Source: a virus. Taken from it: 64,000 bases of DNA. Positions 10,784 through 21,744 of the stretch are shown here, piece by piece (position 1 is the first letter of the stretch; each line of letters starts with the position of its first letter). Below the pieces are notes generated by a model. The model did not search any database, was not told the origin of the DNA, and saw only the letters and a list, made by a program, of their open reading frames with translations. The position numbers and the translations under genes are program-made. The stretch covers positions 302,064-366,063 of the IMG/VR virus record IMGVR_UViG_3300021077_000115; one strand, written 5' to 3'.

Positions 10784-13249
10784 TTAGCTATTAAGCTTAC
10801 CAACGTTGATCAAAATATAAATCCAATTAGTTGGATATACTGGTTGAACAGCCACAGTAATATTCCACTGCCTTGGCTCTACTGAATCTCTATTTACAGT
10901 CAAACCTCCATAAGTAGTGATCAACCTCTGTTGAATGAAGGTTTGCATTAGAGACTGAGCAACAGCAAACAAAGTAGCTTTGAATGTTGGAGTCTCTGCT
11001 CGTCCAATGTATGGAGCGTAAGCTCTGCGCATAGAGAAGGAGATATAATCGCGAATAAATACAATGCTAATTTCCTCTTCAGTTGGCTCAAGAGAAGAAA
11101 CTGTCGTCTTGCCCCAGATTACATTACCACCACCCTGGACAGGAGTAAGTACAGTAATTCCAGAGTTTACGATATTTTCTACAACCAATGGAGAGAAAAG
11201 CTTGTTACGCAGAATACTAAATCCAACCAATCTCTTATTCGTAAGAGGTTCTTGAATTTGTGTATTACCAGAGAAATAACCTGCTACTGCCGCCGCAATA
11301 AAGAATCCGTCAATGAGAATGTTGTTTGCCCCAGCCTGAACGACAATCTGATCAGGATAGAAGTATACAACTCGGTACGAATCTCCAAATGCATCTGGAA
11401 CACTATAGTTAGCCAAATCCTCGGTATTTCCTACCAAAATATCCGCAACTGATGCGCCTTGAATACCTTCAAGAATACCGATGTCTTCAACTGCTGCAGG
11501 TTTATTACCAATTACATTATCCGGCGTAAGGCCCTGAATAGCGCCTATGAACAAAAGCCTTTCATGTTTATTGCGGATGTCGCTCTGTGTCTCAACATGC
11601 ACTTTTCCATTCTGGAAAATAGCACTAATCGTCTGGCTTGGTAGAGGCACAACCATATCGATATCGATTGCTTCCGCTGCTGTATAAGCTTCTAGCCATC
11701 CGGCATCATAAAAGTCAGCGTCCTTGGCATCTATTAAGGTGCAACGTAGCGACTGACCAAGGCTAAGTGCCATGTCTCTGGTCCAAAGGATTCGAGCACT
11801 AGATAATGATGAATCAACAACTTCGAACTGAATACCATTCTCACTAACAAATGGGGTGGCACGCTTGATTTTTAGCTGATCTTGAACAACTGCAACAATC
11901 TCAAATGTTCCATCGTTTCCATTTATAGAATCGAATATTACCACCGAGCGTGTAGCGGCAAGGTCTTCAAGGCCAAACGCAACGGTAGCACTTGATAGCT
12001 GAGCATAATAACCATCTACCAAGTAGCCATCGCTTACCAAAACACCATCAGCTCCTTCTTTTTGTACCGAAGACTCTTCGACAACCGTATAGGAATATGC
12101 AAAGTTATCCAAGAATGTAGCTGGATTTTCTGTGTAGAAAGGCTCCTTATTTGGAATAATTTGAGTCTCTAGCTTGGTAACTGGATCAGTTACAAAGAAA
12201 TGAATATCGTTATCAGAATCTGGGGTAACATTCAAAGGAAGAATGAATGTAACATCATCAACATCATTGAAGCCATCGGCTGATTTAACAAGATCATATG
12301 ATAAGCGTCTTGGAACTGAAGGCTTGGCTTGAATTGTATAGATGCCAGGAGTTCCGTTTGCCCATGCTAATTGAGCACCCAACGATACTCTATTGGTAAC
12401 CGATGGTTGTCCATGCTTTGCAATTACAGCATTCAAATCTGAGAAGAACTGTGGATCATTGAGTGATGCAAAAGAGATATAACGAGCAGTAAGATTATCT
12501 CCACTTACCAAAGTTCCGCTTTGAACTTCAACAACAAAGTTGTCTCCTTCAATGAACGGCGTAGCGCCTTCCGAGATTGAAAAACTCAAAACTCCATTAG
12601 AAATAAGTATTCCATTTGATTGCCAAGTGATTTGATTTCCGTAACCGTCTAGTAGAGTTCCGCTTACCGAACCACGAGCAATAAACTTTGCGTAACCATC
12701 GATTGGTTGTCCCATCGAATTTCGACGAACGCTTGAGCAACGAATCGTCCAAGTTTCTGGCGGGGCATTCACATCAACGAGCGTCAGATTTGAGATAGTT
12801 CCATTTCCAGAATTGCTTCCAGCCGCCAAATAGAACGAGCCTCCCTGATCTACTAATGAAGCACCCTGCAACAAAATCTCTCCAGTTGTTGGGTCTACCT
12901 CGGCATCATATCCGGGGAAGTTCCCATCAATGGTATGTTCAAACACCTTAAGTGTGATACCATTCTTGAAAAGCAAAGATCTGTTTTGAACAACTGGAGC
13001 TACGACAGTCTGCCCTTTCCCAAAAAGGAAGCGACGCCCATCAGAGCCTTTGGTTGTGGAATAAGTTGGGTCAAACCCATCGTTGCCCTTGCCATTAGCT
13101 GATCCAACAAGAACTTCTTCCGTTAAACCTTCACCAATAATAACTGGTATACGATTACCAACTGGTACGCTAACACCGGTCTGAATCGTTCTGGTTTCGG
13201 AATACGCACCAGGTACAACGCTAGAGGCTCCAGGTATGTCGGCTGCCAT
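10784..13249 (-). CDS. Putative contractile tail sheath protein (821 aa) carrying an inserted DGY-containing domain that is paralogous to a fibre-gene domain.
   Basis: The N-terminus (DIPGASSVVPGAYSETRTIQTGVSVPVGNRIPVIIGEG) resembles the PGVY-type sheath N-terminus. A strong SD (ATGAGGTGGTC) precedes the ATG. The internal segment LDGYGNQITWQSNGILISNGVLSFSISEGATPFIEGDNFVVEV is homologous to a segment of 22572..24665. Confidence 0.5.
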   Translation of the reverse strand: MAADIPGASSVVPGAYSETRTIQTGVSVPVGNRIPVIIGEGLTEEVLVGSANGKGNDGFDPTYSTTKGSDGRRFLFGKGQTVVAPVVQNRSLLFKNGITLKVFEHTIDGNFPGYDAEVDPTTGEILLQGASLVDQGGSFYLAAGSNSGNGTISNLTLVDVNAPPETWTIRCSSVRRNSMGQPIDGYAKFIARGSVSGTLLDGYGNQITWQSNGILISNGVLSFSISEGATPFIEGDNFVVEVQSGTLVSGDNLTARYISFASLNDPQFFSDLNAVIAKHGQPSVTNRVSLGAQLAWANGTPGIYTIQAKPSVPRRLSYDLVKSADGFNDVDDVTFILPLNVTPDSDNDIHFFVTDPVTKLETQIIPNKEPFYTENPATFLDNFAYSYTVVEESSVQKEGADGVLVSDGYLVDGYYAQLSSATVAFGLEDLAATRSVVIFDSINGNDGTFEIVAVVQDQLKIKRATPFVSENGIQFEVVDSSLSSARILWTRDMALSLGQSLRCTLIDAKDADFYDAGWLEAYTAAEAIDIDMVVPLPSQTISAIFQNGKVHVETQSDIRNKHERLLFIGAIQGLTPDNVIGNKPAAVEDIGILEGIQGASVADILVGNTEDLANYSVPDAFGDSYRVVYFYPDQIVVQAGANNILIDGFFIAAAVAGYFSGNTQIQEPLTNKRLVGFSILRNKLFSPLVVENIVNSGITVLTPVQGGGNVIWGKTTVSSLEPTEEEISIVFIRDYISFSMRRAYAPYIGRAETPTFKATLFAVAQSLMQTFIQQRLITTYGGLTVNRDSVEPRQWNITVAVQPVYPTNWIYILINVGKLNS

Positions 13250-13935
13250 TAGACCACCTCATGAATAAGTTTGTTTGTTTTGTTGTTGATACGCTTCATG
13301 CTAGCTCCCAAAATGATATTCTCTTTCGATCTGAGCGGTCTAAGATTCTCCAATCTCCATGCGTCTTTAAACCCAGGATCGGACTCGCAACTATATACAT
13401 GAGTAGCCATAGGTTTGATATGATCTAATTGCCAAGTCCAAGTATTTGAATCATTTTCGCCCCATGTTTTTGGATTGTAGTTGCCCCAATTGTTCCAATT
13501 CATCCAAGGTTCGAATTTTGATTCTAAATGCAATTTCAATTCCTCAATAGAATACGGCAAAAATGCCAGAGTATCTATAATCTTAGCGATGTTGCGGCTA
13601 GTGAGGGCATGCTTGATGCGCCTAGATACTCTTTTCTTCAACTTAATATGAACTTGATTTTCGTAATTTTCTCTATAAACCCTAACACGGTCTATATTTT
13701 TCATCTTCCAATTTTTCTTATAATCAGGATTTTCTTTGGTAAAATTTTTGGTTCTTTCTCTGGCCACGTCTGAGTTTTTTCTCTGAAAATCGCGACACTC
13801 TTCTCTCTCACAATCTATACATTTATTTCTAAAGTAAAGTGGTACTTTGTTCCTGCTTAGGCATTGCCGAAAATTTTTAGATATCAAGTCCTTTTTGACG
13901 CCACATTTGACGCATATTCTAAGTATATTCTCCAT
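13249..13935 (-). CDS. HNH homing endonuclease with an N-terminal Cys-rich zinc-finger region; free-standing.
   Basis: Contains CxxC...CIDCERE and the motif WTWQLDHIKP...RLENLRPLRSKENI. It is paralogous to 51108..51923. Its TAA overlaps the sheath ATG (TAATG), and its last codons supply the sheath SD. Confidence 0.75.
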   Translation of the reverse strand: MENILRICVKCGVKKDLISKNFRQCLSRNKVPLYFRNKCIDCEREECRDFQRKNSDVARERTKNFTKENPDYKKNWKMKNIDRVRVYRENYENQVHIKLKKRVSRRIKHALTSRNIAKIIDTLAFLPYSIEELKLHLESKFEPWMNWNNWGNYNPKTWGENDSNTWTWQLDHIKPMATHVYSCESDPGFKDAWRLENLRPLRSKENIILGASMKRINNKTNKLIHEVV

Positions 13936-13975
13936 ACAATCTCAGCTTTGCATTAAACTTATGCTCAGATATGCG

Positions 13976-14785
13976 TTACAAAGCCTCGATTTGATCCAGA
14001 ATCGATATGGACTCACTTATTGCAATATTGGGATTTGTAACGGTTTCAGATCCCCATGCCCTGAAATCTACGCAAAAATTGATACGCTCTACTATATTTT
14101 CTATTGGAATTAGGCGTCTCCACTCTGTACGAATATCCACGGTAATGGTTGCTTTGTAGAGTTTATCTTGTTGCCTATCTTCGCCTTCAGAAATTCCGCC
14201 AAGGGTTGGCTGCCCAGATTTCACTAACACACCGGCTTTTCTCAAACTATCAAATCTGATATCGGTAAAAAGCAGCATCACCATACTTACCAAATTATCC
14301 CTATCTAAAATATCTCGGCTTATTACATCAATTGAAATTGTGCCTTCCCATGCACCGGCAAGGTCAATATATTTTGGAATGAAGAATTCTTTAGCATTAC
14401 CGTAGCCATCAACTACGAGTTGCTTTTCATGTTCCACCACATCCCTATTTCTGTTTATTGAAATAGGAACGGATCTGGCCGAAATCATTTTTACCAGAAG
14501 AGCAGGGTAGAATATTGCATCGAACCTGAACGCCTCGCCGATGAAGATACGAGTGGTTTGTTCATCATTATTGAGTCCCGCCTCTAATGACAGATCTGTA
14601 TGATCAGGAACTTTTGGATAGCCCCACTCATCAGCTACATAATGAAACCAAGAATCCTTCGCAAACTCTTCCCGGAGCATCCCGATGATGAGTTCCTTAG
14701 GATAGGCCATCAGGGTGTTTTGAACAACATGATGGATCTGGTTCAGGTCATGCCTTACAAAGCTTCCAGTTCCCGGGGTGGTCAT
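13976..14785 (-). CDS. Structural protein (269 aa), possibly a baseplate component.
   Basis: ORF with an ATG start, lying between the 1691-aa gene and the HNH gene. Confidence 0.45.
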   Translation of the reverse strand: MTTPGTGSFVRHDLNQIHHVVQNTLMAYPKELIIGMLREEFAKDSWFHYVADEWGYPKVPDHTDLSLEAGLNNDEQTTRIFIGEAFRFDAIFYPALLVKMISARSVPISINRNRDVVEHEKQLVVDGYGNAKEFFIPKYIDLAGAWEGTISIDVISRDILDRDNLVSMVMLLFTDIRFDSLRKAGVLVKSGQPTLGGISEGEDRQQDKLYKATITVDIRTEWRRLIPIENIVERINFCVDFRAWGSETVTNPNIAISESISILDQIEAL

Positions 14786-14818
14786 ACCGAAATGCTGGAT
14801 TATGGCGATACGAATAAT

Positions 14819-17800
14819 TTAGCCAAAGAATGGTCTTGGCCTATAAATTGTGATATTTGCCCACTTTGGATTTGATACATATACATTACTTACAGTTATA
14901 AATCCAGTAGTTGTAGCCCCACCGACATATACATTGAGATCAAAAAAACCATCGGAAGCCATTACGTGATGTATTGGCATTATCACGGTATACGTACCAG
15001 GAGTAAGTGGAGACATACTATATGTCTCCACTGGTACGGAATTTTCCGACGCAGCTGCGCTCAAAAACAAATCGCCACCTGATGGTACGAAAACCCTTAG
15101 ATAAATTTCTGCAAAGATAGTATCGCCAGTCAAAAGACTTGTAGAATACTTAACATCATTTGATGATGTATCAGGTAGCGCTGTTGTTGGGATTGTTACC
15201 GGAGCCGTTGGGCTTTGATATGCAATTCTATTATTTCCAAAAGCTAAGCCATTGGTCGTAATTATATATTGGTCATCTATAACAAGATGACTGAAAGCAT
15301 TATCTCGCACCACGCTGTTTGGAGCATGAATCCAACCACCAAAACCAAGCGTGCCATTCTGATGCTCTAACGTATTTCCAACAACTACTGTAGGTTGCTC
15401 TGTTGCTATCGGGGGAGTAAAGAAATATATTCCCCAGCCATTTGTTGGAATATTCTTTATAACGTTACCAGTGATTGTGCCACCACAACCCCAAATTGTT
15501 AGGTTGTAATCGAATCCATCAATCTGGTTTCCTGAGCATACAACAGAACCACCATCATTACTAGTAATAATTAGGCCAATTGGCGTAAATGGATTTGGGG
15601 GGCCTGGAATCGGTATAAGCGACAAGAACATTCCTGTATAACCAAGAATGACAACATTTCCAGACACAACACTCTTGAATAATCCACTACTAGAAGTAGC
15701 ATCAGCCTTCAAGAAATATGCATGGTTGTTAGTTACAATATTCTCAACCGGGAACTCTGGTACATCTGTAACTCCAATGCCATATGTATATGGAGCCGCA
15801 AAGATATTTGCCGTTGCAGAAACGCCAGAATAAATAACCTCGGCTATATTATCCTGCACAAAGAATGATCCGCTCATAGCAACATTGAATGGACTTCCCT
15901 GAACCATCCATCCTATGTATCCGAACCTGTTATTTCGAATGGATACATTAGAAACCAAAGCTCTGCTGCGTTGAAGATACTGTCCAGCATTAAGGTTATC
16001 TGGAATCCATCTTGATGTGATAATCATTCCCTGTTGAGCATCAACAGTATTTCCTGATATTACAGTATCTATAAATAACTGACCATCATTAGCTGGGTCT
16101 GTTTCTGTATTTATAAAAGCAAGTGCCAAAGCAGTAGTCGAATTACCAAGGCCAACTGGCGTGCCACCAACAACAACAGTTCCACTATCAGAAAACCTAT
16201 TGTTTGTAAATTTTCCGTTAGCAAACTCAGACCCATTTCCATAAACAGCTATGAATGGAGGCCTTTTATTTGAATCTGCAAAGAAAACACAATTATCCAC
16301 TCCATAGTTATCAATGAATCCAAGATTGACCATATCTACCAATACAGCTCCCCAGTTTCCATCAGTGCCTGTCAGGCCAATCGCGCTGGTATTGAAGAAC
16401 TCATCAGGATATGTAGTCGCATAGCTAGAAAATGAAGCATCACGGTGTGGATGGTAATTTATAGTAGCTTCTTCAATTCTCCAATTACCACTCTTAAATG
16501 ATAGCCCTTTGGCGCTATTTATCTCGTATGTTCCACCTTTAAGTGTAACAAAATTATTGAAGGCTAGTTGCATCTCGGAATTGATCGTTACAGTTTTGAC
16601 CTTTACCTCAGCAACTCCATATTCATTCACCCAGTTCACCAAAGCCTGTGGAGTAATAAAGTTGGCATTGTATCCGGCAACTTGTTCCGTTGATGCCCAG
16701 GTGAAAGAACCGATATCCTGGTTGATGACATGTCTACGGGCATCAGTCACCAACAATGAAGAGAAGCCACCAGGATCTCCAATAGTTACCATGGCTTTAG
16801 CTATAATTGTAAGGTCTTTCCTAGTATCTACAATATTTCTAAATGACAGAGATTCCACAAAGTATAGGCTATTTACCTCAAAGAATTCTACACCGGTATC
16901 TTTTACAATGGCTTTTAGCTGTCCCGTTTCAGTCACGCAAATGAAGAACTCAACAACGTTAGTGATAGAAGATCTAACTTCTGGCAGTTTTACTTCTAGA
17001 GAATCAACCGGAACAAATGCGCCATTTACAAGCGCCATACCACCATTAAAGGTTAGCACGGAATTTGTAGCATCTGAAAATCCAAACGTAAAGCCTCTAA
17101 CAACACCATTGGTATGAAGATAACGCTCACCAGCCTCAATAAATTTGATAGCTGAATCTGTAAAGTTTTCCTCTGATAATGTACCAAATTCTCTCAAATC
17201 TGTAACAGACATGAAAGCTTGATCATTGTGACTTACACCGGCTATAACGAAGTATTCCTCATTCTCTATTAGACTACCGAATAGCTCAATGTACGTCCAT
17301 CCCAAGGATGGTATCGTGGTACCAGGATCAGCAACATCGTCTCTAAACTCAATATCAATGAAATTAACAAAGGTAACATCATAAAGTCTAATTATGGAAT
17401 TCTTCTTACCATTGACAACATTACCAATATTTGCGCCATTCAAATCGCTAAGGTATATAGTAAATTCACCAGTTGATGAGTTGTATCCAATAACGTTAAG
17501 TGTAATGTAATTGCGGAAATTAGAGCCGCCATAACCCTTCAACTTTGGTGAGACTCTTCGAATATTCCATCCGGAAAGACCAGCAACTCCAGTGCCTCCA
17601 ACACCACCAGATGCTGCACCTGGTATACCTGGCGTGTTAGTAATGCTATCACTCTTGGGAATTCTAGCGCGCTCAACAGAAACAGACTTACCAAGGTTAT
17701 TTATGAATACTTCATGATAGTGGTTGTATCCTAACGGATCGTCACCGACCATATTATTCAAATTGAAAAATACAGAATCATCTGAAAGATAAATCTTAAC

Positions 17801-19894
17801 AGGGCTAGGAATACTAGATAGTGTAGGATCCCCCGTTCCATGAACACCATTTATAACTGTAATGTCTGTTTCTCCAACACCACCACAAGTGAACGAAACA
17901 CTATCAATAATAAATCTTCCATATGCTGTAATATCTGGATTAGTAGGATCTATAGGTTGAACCACAATGGTTCTTCCAGCATTCAACCCCTCAGTTGCCA
18001 GATCTAATGGAATGGTATATTTTACTGCGTTTGGATAACCAGTTACATTACTAGCTGTGGCAACCCAATATCCATCACCTTCGGTAAATCTTGGCTTTGC
18101 CAAAGAGTCTCTACGATTTCCATTGACAAAAACATTACGCCCACTAACAGGCATAATGATTAGCGTTGAAAAGTTTGCTGCTGCATCAGCACTTGCAAAA
18201 GTACCAATATGGACCGGGGTTGCAAAACCAGCACGGTGTCCACCAAGGCCTAATGCGTCATTGCCATCAACCGCATCTCCTACAACATTTCTTACATATA
18301 TTCCTGGCACCAGTGATAGTGGCGGGGCGTATTGGCCAGAAATAATGCTAAAGGCAGCTCCTCCAATAGAATCCGCCAGCATAACACCAAACTCACCCTT
18401 GTAATTGAATGCAATAAAACGATAATTGTATCCGGCCTTTCTGAATTGTTTATTTGTCTCCTCAACAATGATATCAAGATTATATTTACCAGGAGTTGCT
18501 CCAGCATTTCCAGTAATATCGATAGGGGCCAAATTTACAAAAGAAGATGGATTTCCATTTGGATACAATCTAAGATACAACAAGTAATGAGTTGCATCTA
18601 TCTTATTAGCATCAAAACCAATACCAATAGCTACAGCTCCGCGCGGACTTCCTAAAATAACACTATCAACACGAAGGTCTGAAGATATACTGGTATCTGG
18701 GTGAGCACCGGCCGCTGCAACAACGCCCCAAGTATCAATATTGAAATTTGGGCGATCAATTCTAGCAGATCCAAAGTATCCGTCAGTCCCATCGGCTCTA
18801 AATAGATTTGTTGATGTGACTCTAACAGACCAAGAAGATCCTGGCACAAAATTAATGGACTTTATTGGAAGCATTGCCTCAACGCCAAAGCCGTAATTAA
18901 TCCTAACAATATCTCCAACTTTTACATTTGTAAATATATTATCAAAAGAGAAGCTTGTATTTGTTGGGATGAATGTTATAACATCATCTCCGTTTCCTAT
19001 GTTATCATTTGGAGCCAACTGACTAGGCTCTGCCAAATATGCCTGAACTTTTGTTACTGGCACAACATTTACTGTGTATCCATCAGACATCAAGTCTTGA
19101 ATTAGTGCCTTCCTAGAAATTCCATTTGAATTTAGAGTTGCCCGATCAACCCCAATAGATAGGGTTTCTTGATTATCAATGAAATCTAGAGCCTCTTGAA
19201 CATTTTGTGTGGTTACTGGAAGCTGCACGAATGTAGAGGCATCCACAGAAATAGCAGCTGCTGTATGAGCTAGAGCTGTAGCATTTTCGTGCCCAACCAA
19301 CTCATTATTTATCTCAAGCAATGCTTCGGCGACTTGCGTGGCTGGACGAAGATGATTGTTTCTATCTAATAAACCAGTCCACGAATAAGTATCCCTGGAA
19401 TCAACATGCACTGCATTTATGTCAATATGGCTAGCAACATGTCTCGCTTTAGTCAAATTATCTACGAGAAGTACGCCACCAGAAATATGAATTAGCAAAT
19501 TGCTGTTTTCTTCTGCTACAAGCTCTTGAACCAATGCAAGTTGAGACTCAGCCACTGTAATAGCCGAATGCAAATCTGTGGTGGAATAACTCAGGGCAAG
19601 CTTTGTCTCTTGAATTCCGGCATTTGACCCAACTTGATTATCGCTAATTGGAAGAGTAGCCAAACCAATAGCTTGCAAAGCCTCTGCTCTAGCATTGCCA
19701 TCAGGGCCAATTAGAACAGAAATACGATCATTCACGCTAGACTTCGATCCTTGCGGATTGATACCAAGCGTTTTCTCAATTGCAAAAACGGCATCTCTAA
19801 GTTGATTGATAGCCTGAGTACCAAACTCAGAGAGATTGTCATCAATCCTCAAAATTGTCGTATCATTATCTAATGAATTTGGATATCTTATCAT
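14819..19894 (-). CDS. Very large (1691 aa) tail fibre or baseplate structural protein.
   Basis: 5.1-kb ORF with several DGY motifs and beta-rich Gly/Asn/Thr-rich composition. Confidence 0.6.
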   Translation of the reverse strand: MIRYPNSLDNDTTILRIDDNLSEFGTQAINQLRDAVFAIEKTLGINPQGSKSSVNDRISVLIGPDGNARAEALQAIGLATLPISDNQVGSNAGIQETKLALSYSTTDLHSAITVAESQLALVQELVAEENSNLLIHISGGVLLVDNLTKARHVASHIDINAVHVDSRDTYSWTGLLDRNNHLRPATQVAEALLEINNELVGHENATALAHTAAAISVDASTFVQLPVTTQNVQEALDFIDNQETLSIGVDRATLNSNGISRKALIQDLMSDGYTVNVVPVTKVQAYLAEPSQLAPNDNIGNGDDVITFIPTNTSFSFDNIFTNVKVGDIVRINYGFGVEAMLPIKSINFVPGSSWSVRVTSTNLFRADGTDGYFGSARIDRPNFNIDTWGVVAAAGAHPDTSISSDLRVDSVILGSPRGAVAIGIGFDANKIDATHYLLYLRLYPNGNPSSFVNLAPIDITGNAGATPGKYNLDIIVEETNKQFRKAGYNYRFIAFNYKGEFGVMLADSIGGAAFSIISGQYAPPLSLVPGIYVRNVVGDAVDGNDALGLGGHRAGFATPVHIGTFASADAAANFSTLIIMPVSGRNVFVNGNRRDSLAKPRFTEGDGYWVATASNVTGYPNAVKYTIPLDLATEGLNAGRTIVVQPIDPTNPDITAYGRFIIDSVSFTCGGVGETDITVINGVHGTGDPTLSSIPSPVKIYLSDDSVFFNLNNMVGDDPLGYNHYHEVFINNLGKSVSVERARIPKSDSITNTPGIPGAASGGVGGTGVAGLSGWNIRRVSPKLKGYGGSNFRNYITLNVIGYNSSTGEFTIYLSDLNGANIGNVVNGKKNSIIRLYDVTFVNFIDIEFRDDVADPGTTIPSLGWTYIELFGSLIENEEYFVIAGVSHNDQAFMSVTDLREFGTLSEENFTDSAIKFIEAGERYLHTNGVVRGFTFGFSDATNSVLTFNGGMALVNGAFVPVDSLEVKLPEVRSSITNVVEFFICVTETGQLKAIVKDTGVEFFEVNSLYFVESLSFRNIVDTRKDLTIIAKAMVTIGDPGGFSSLLVTDARRHVINQDIGSFTWASTEQVAGYNANFITPQALVNWVNEYGVAEVKVKTVTINSEMQLAFNNFVTLKGGTYEINSAKGLSFKSGNWRIEEATINYHPHRDASFSSYATTYPDEFFNTSAIGLTGTDGNWGAVLVDMVNLGFIDNYGVDNCVFFADSNKRPPFIAVYGNGSEFANGKFTNNRFSDSGTVVVGGTPVGLGNSTTALALAFINTETDPANDGQLFIDTVISGNTVDAQQGMIITSRWIPDNLNAGQYLQRSRALVSNVSIRNNRFGYIGWMVQGSPFNVAMSGSFFVQDNIAEVIYSGVSATANIFAAPYTYGIGVTDVPEFPVENIVTNNHAYFLKADATSSSGLFKSVVSGNVVILGYTGMFLSLIPIPGPPNPFTPIGLIITSNDGGSVVCSGNQIDGFDYNLTIWGCGGTITGNVIKNIPTNGWGIYFFTPPIATEQPTVVVGNTLEHQNGTLGFGGWIHAPNSVVRDNAFSHLVIDDQYIITTNGLAFGNNRIAYQSPTAPVTIPTTALPDTSSNDVKYSTSLLTGDTIFAEIYLRVFVPSGGDLFLSAAASENSVPVETYSMSPLTPGTYTVIMPIHHVMASDGFFDLNVYVGGATTTGFITVSNVYVSNPKWANITIYRPRPFFG

Positions 19895-19905
19895 ATTCTT
19901 CTCAA

Positions 19906-21720
19906 TTATATTCGAATAAACTCAAAATCTCCCCAATTGTTATTACTAACAAACATTTGAGTAATAATACCTGAATCTGAAACTCCAGCAGATGCCCAAA
20001 CCTGCACACCAAATGCACCAGGTGATGACTGCGCTTGCCAATAAATAGGAATCGTAACATATTCAAGTGCAGTCGCTGCTATTTGAAGAGTAAAGTCAGC
20101 AACATCAACTGCATCTTCATAAACTCTAATATTAAGCAAAATAGTACCGGAGGTTACATTAACCTTGAAATATATATTTCCTCTAATAATATCACCAGTA
20201 AGTACACCTGCCCAAGCAACATTTACAAAATTAGCATCAGTATCTTGTATTTGTATATATCCACCAGTGTTACTCACGGTAAAATTAATTCCATTAGTCG
20301 GAAAACCTGATTGAGCCGCAACTGTTGGTTGTTGAATAACATTTCCGCCGGAAAGACGAGTTAGAATTGTATCTAATCCCTGCGAAAAAAGAACGCCGCC
20401 ATTAACAAATAAATAAACGCCAGACGGAGCTGTAACCGGAACAGCAGCGCTTTCTGTTATCTGCAGCGTACTACCAGCAAAACTAACTTTCCCAAGATTT
20501 GAGTTTATGTTTACGTTACCATCGCCACTAAGATTGACACTGAATCCAGCGTTCAAATTTAAGTCTCCACCAATTCCGGTATTGCTATTTTGAGCTTGAA
20601 TAGTTAATGGTTGACCAGTGGCTAATGAAACTTGAGTAGTATCTTGAGATATTGTTGGGGTAACATCATCTGCACTAAATATGACGTTAGATATGATATC
20701 ACCTAAAAATGATATCCCTCCACCAGGCGAACTATATATATAAACATTTCCAGCCACATTGGTGTTCGGGTTATACCCAGACTCTAGCCACAAATTACCA
20801 GGGCTTCCACCTGGGAAATGTGGTGCACCATTGATAATTGACTGAGCCCTAATAAACATATCAGTGGCAATTTCTACATCATGGTCCCCTTGCGATAATA
20901 GAGCCGGATAAGCCTTATCAAACATCAGGCCAGTAGCAATAACATCAACAATACCTGGATAGCTAGTTAGATATACATTTCCTTTTTGGCCATTAAGAGT
21001 ATCTCCAGATTCAAGAAATAAATTGCTAGGAGATCCAGAAGTATTCGTATTTCTCTGAGAAACGATGCGTAAATCGTTAGCTGCTCCTGAAGTGCTAATG
21101 TCGGCTTGTGTTATAACCGGATCAATAACAGAACTATTGAATTGTAAAATAGGCGAAGTCAAATCAATTGGAGCATCTCCACTTATCAAACGTAAAGTTC
21201 CCCAATTGGCCGATGTTGAAATATTAGTGCCAGAAGCCAGCCATAATTCACCACCAGTACCTGAGAAAACAGAGTCTAAATTACTTTGTGCTTGAATTAG
21301 AAAATATGGAGCCCCACCAGGATAATTAGCAGAATCTTGAGATATTAATGGATACGCAGCACTAGCATCAAATATCAAACCAGAATATCCTCCATCATAG
21401 CTTATCTTGAGAGGCGATGGCTCAATATCATTAGTAGTTGTGAACTCAATATCATTAGTAGTTGTGAACATCGGAATTGATCCGGGGTTCGTGTCGATAC
21501 TCCACGGTGTTCCAAGAGTCACAACATTTCCAAGCGTAATTAATAGGTTGTACAAATCAACCAACGCTTGTTGAACGTTTCCTGAATAAATCTCAGAGAT
21601 ATTGCTGGCTGGATGAATCCAATCCCCGCCGGTCACGTGGGCATTAAAGTCCTGCTTAGCCGTAGCGGAAAATCCAGCTTGAATAGTCCGATTAGAACCT
21701 ATGAATCTAGTCCTTGCCAT
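19906..21720 (-). CDS. Tail fibre protein (604 aa) carrying an in-frame 8-aa tandem duplication.
   Basis: The protein contains FTTTNDIE twice, arising from an exact 24-bp tandem repeat at 21421-21468. Composition is Ser/Gly/Asn-rich and fibre-like. Confidence 0.55.
   Translation of the reverse strand: MARTRFIGSNRTIQAGFSATAKQDFNAHVTGGDWIHPASNISEIYSGNVQQALVDLYNLLITLGNVVTLGTPWSIDTNPGSIPMFTTTNDIEFTTTNDIEPSPLKISYDGGYSGLIFDASAAYPLISQDSANYPGGAPYFLIQAQSNLDSVFSGTGGELWLASGTNISTSANWGTLRLISGDAPIDLTSPILQFNSSVIDPVITQADISTSGAANDLRIVSQRNTNTSGSPSNLFLESGDTLNGQKGNVYLTSYPGIVDVIATGLMFDKAYPALLSQGDHDVEIATDMFIRAQSIINGAPHFPGGSPGNLWLESGYNPNTNVAGNVYIYSSPGGGISFLGDIISNVIFSADDVTPTISQDTTQVSLATGQPLTIQAQNSNTGIGGDLNLNAGFSVNLSGDGNVNINSNLGKVSFAGSTLQITESAAVPVTAPSGVYLFVNGGVLFSQGLDTILTRLSGGNVIQQPTVAAQSGFPTNGINFTVSNTGGYIQIQDTDANFVNVAWAGVLTGDIIRGNIYFKVNVTSGTILLNIRVYEDAVDVADFTLQIAATALEYVTIPIYWQAQSSPGAFGVQVWASAGVSDSGIITQMFVSNNNWGDFEFIRI
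21421..21468 (-). repeat. Exact 24-bp in-frame tandem duplication in fibre gene 19906..21720.
   Basis: CTCAATATCATTAGTAGTTGTGAA occurs twice. It encodes FTTTNDIE twice. Confidence 0.9.
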
Positions 21721-21744
21721 ATTCTAATGCCCCAATATTGCGAG

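Noticed and set aside
14786-14818. Possible stop-codon readthrough joining 14819..19894 to 13976..14785 (same frame, 11 open codons after TAA).
   Set aside because: The downstream gene has its own ATG, the intervening stop is TAA (poorly read through), and the same frame is expected by chance one time in three. The same reasoning applies to 34809..36437 and 34242..34754, which have clearly paralogous independent N-termini.
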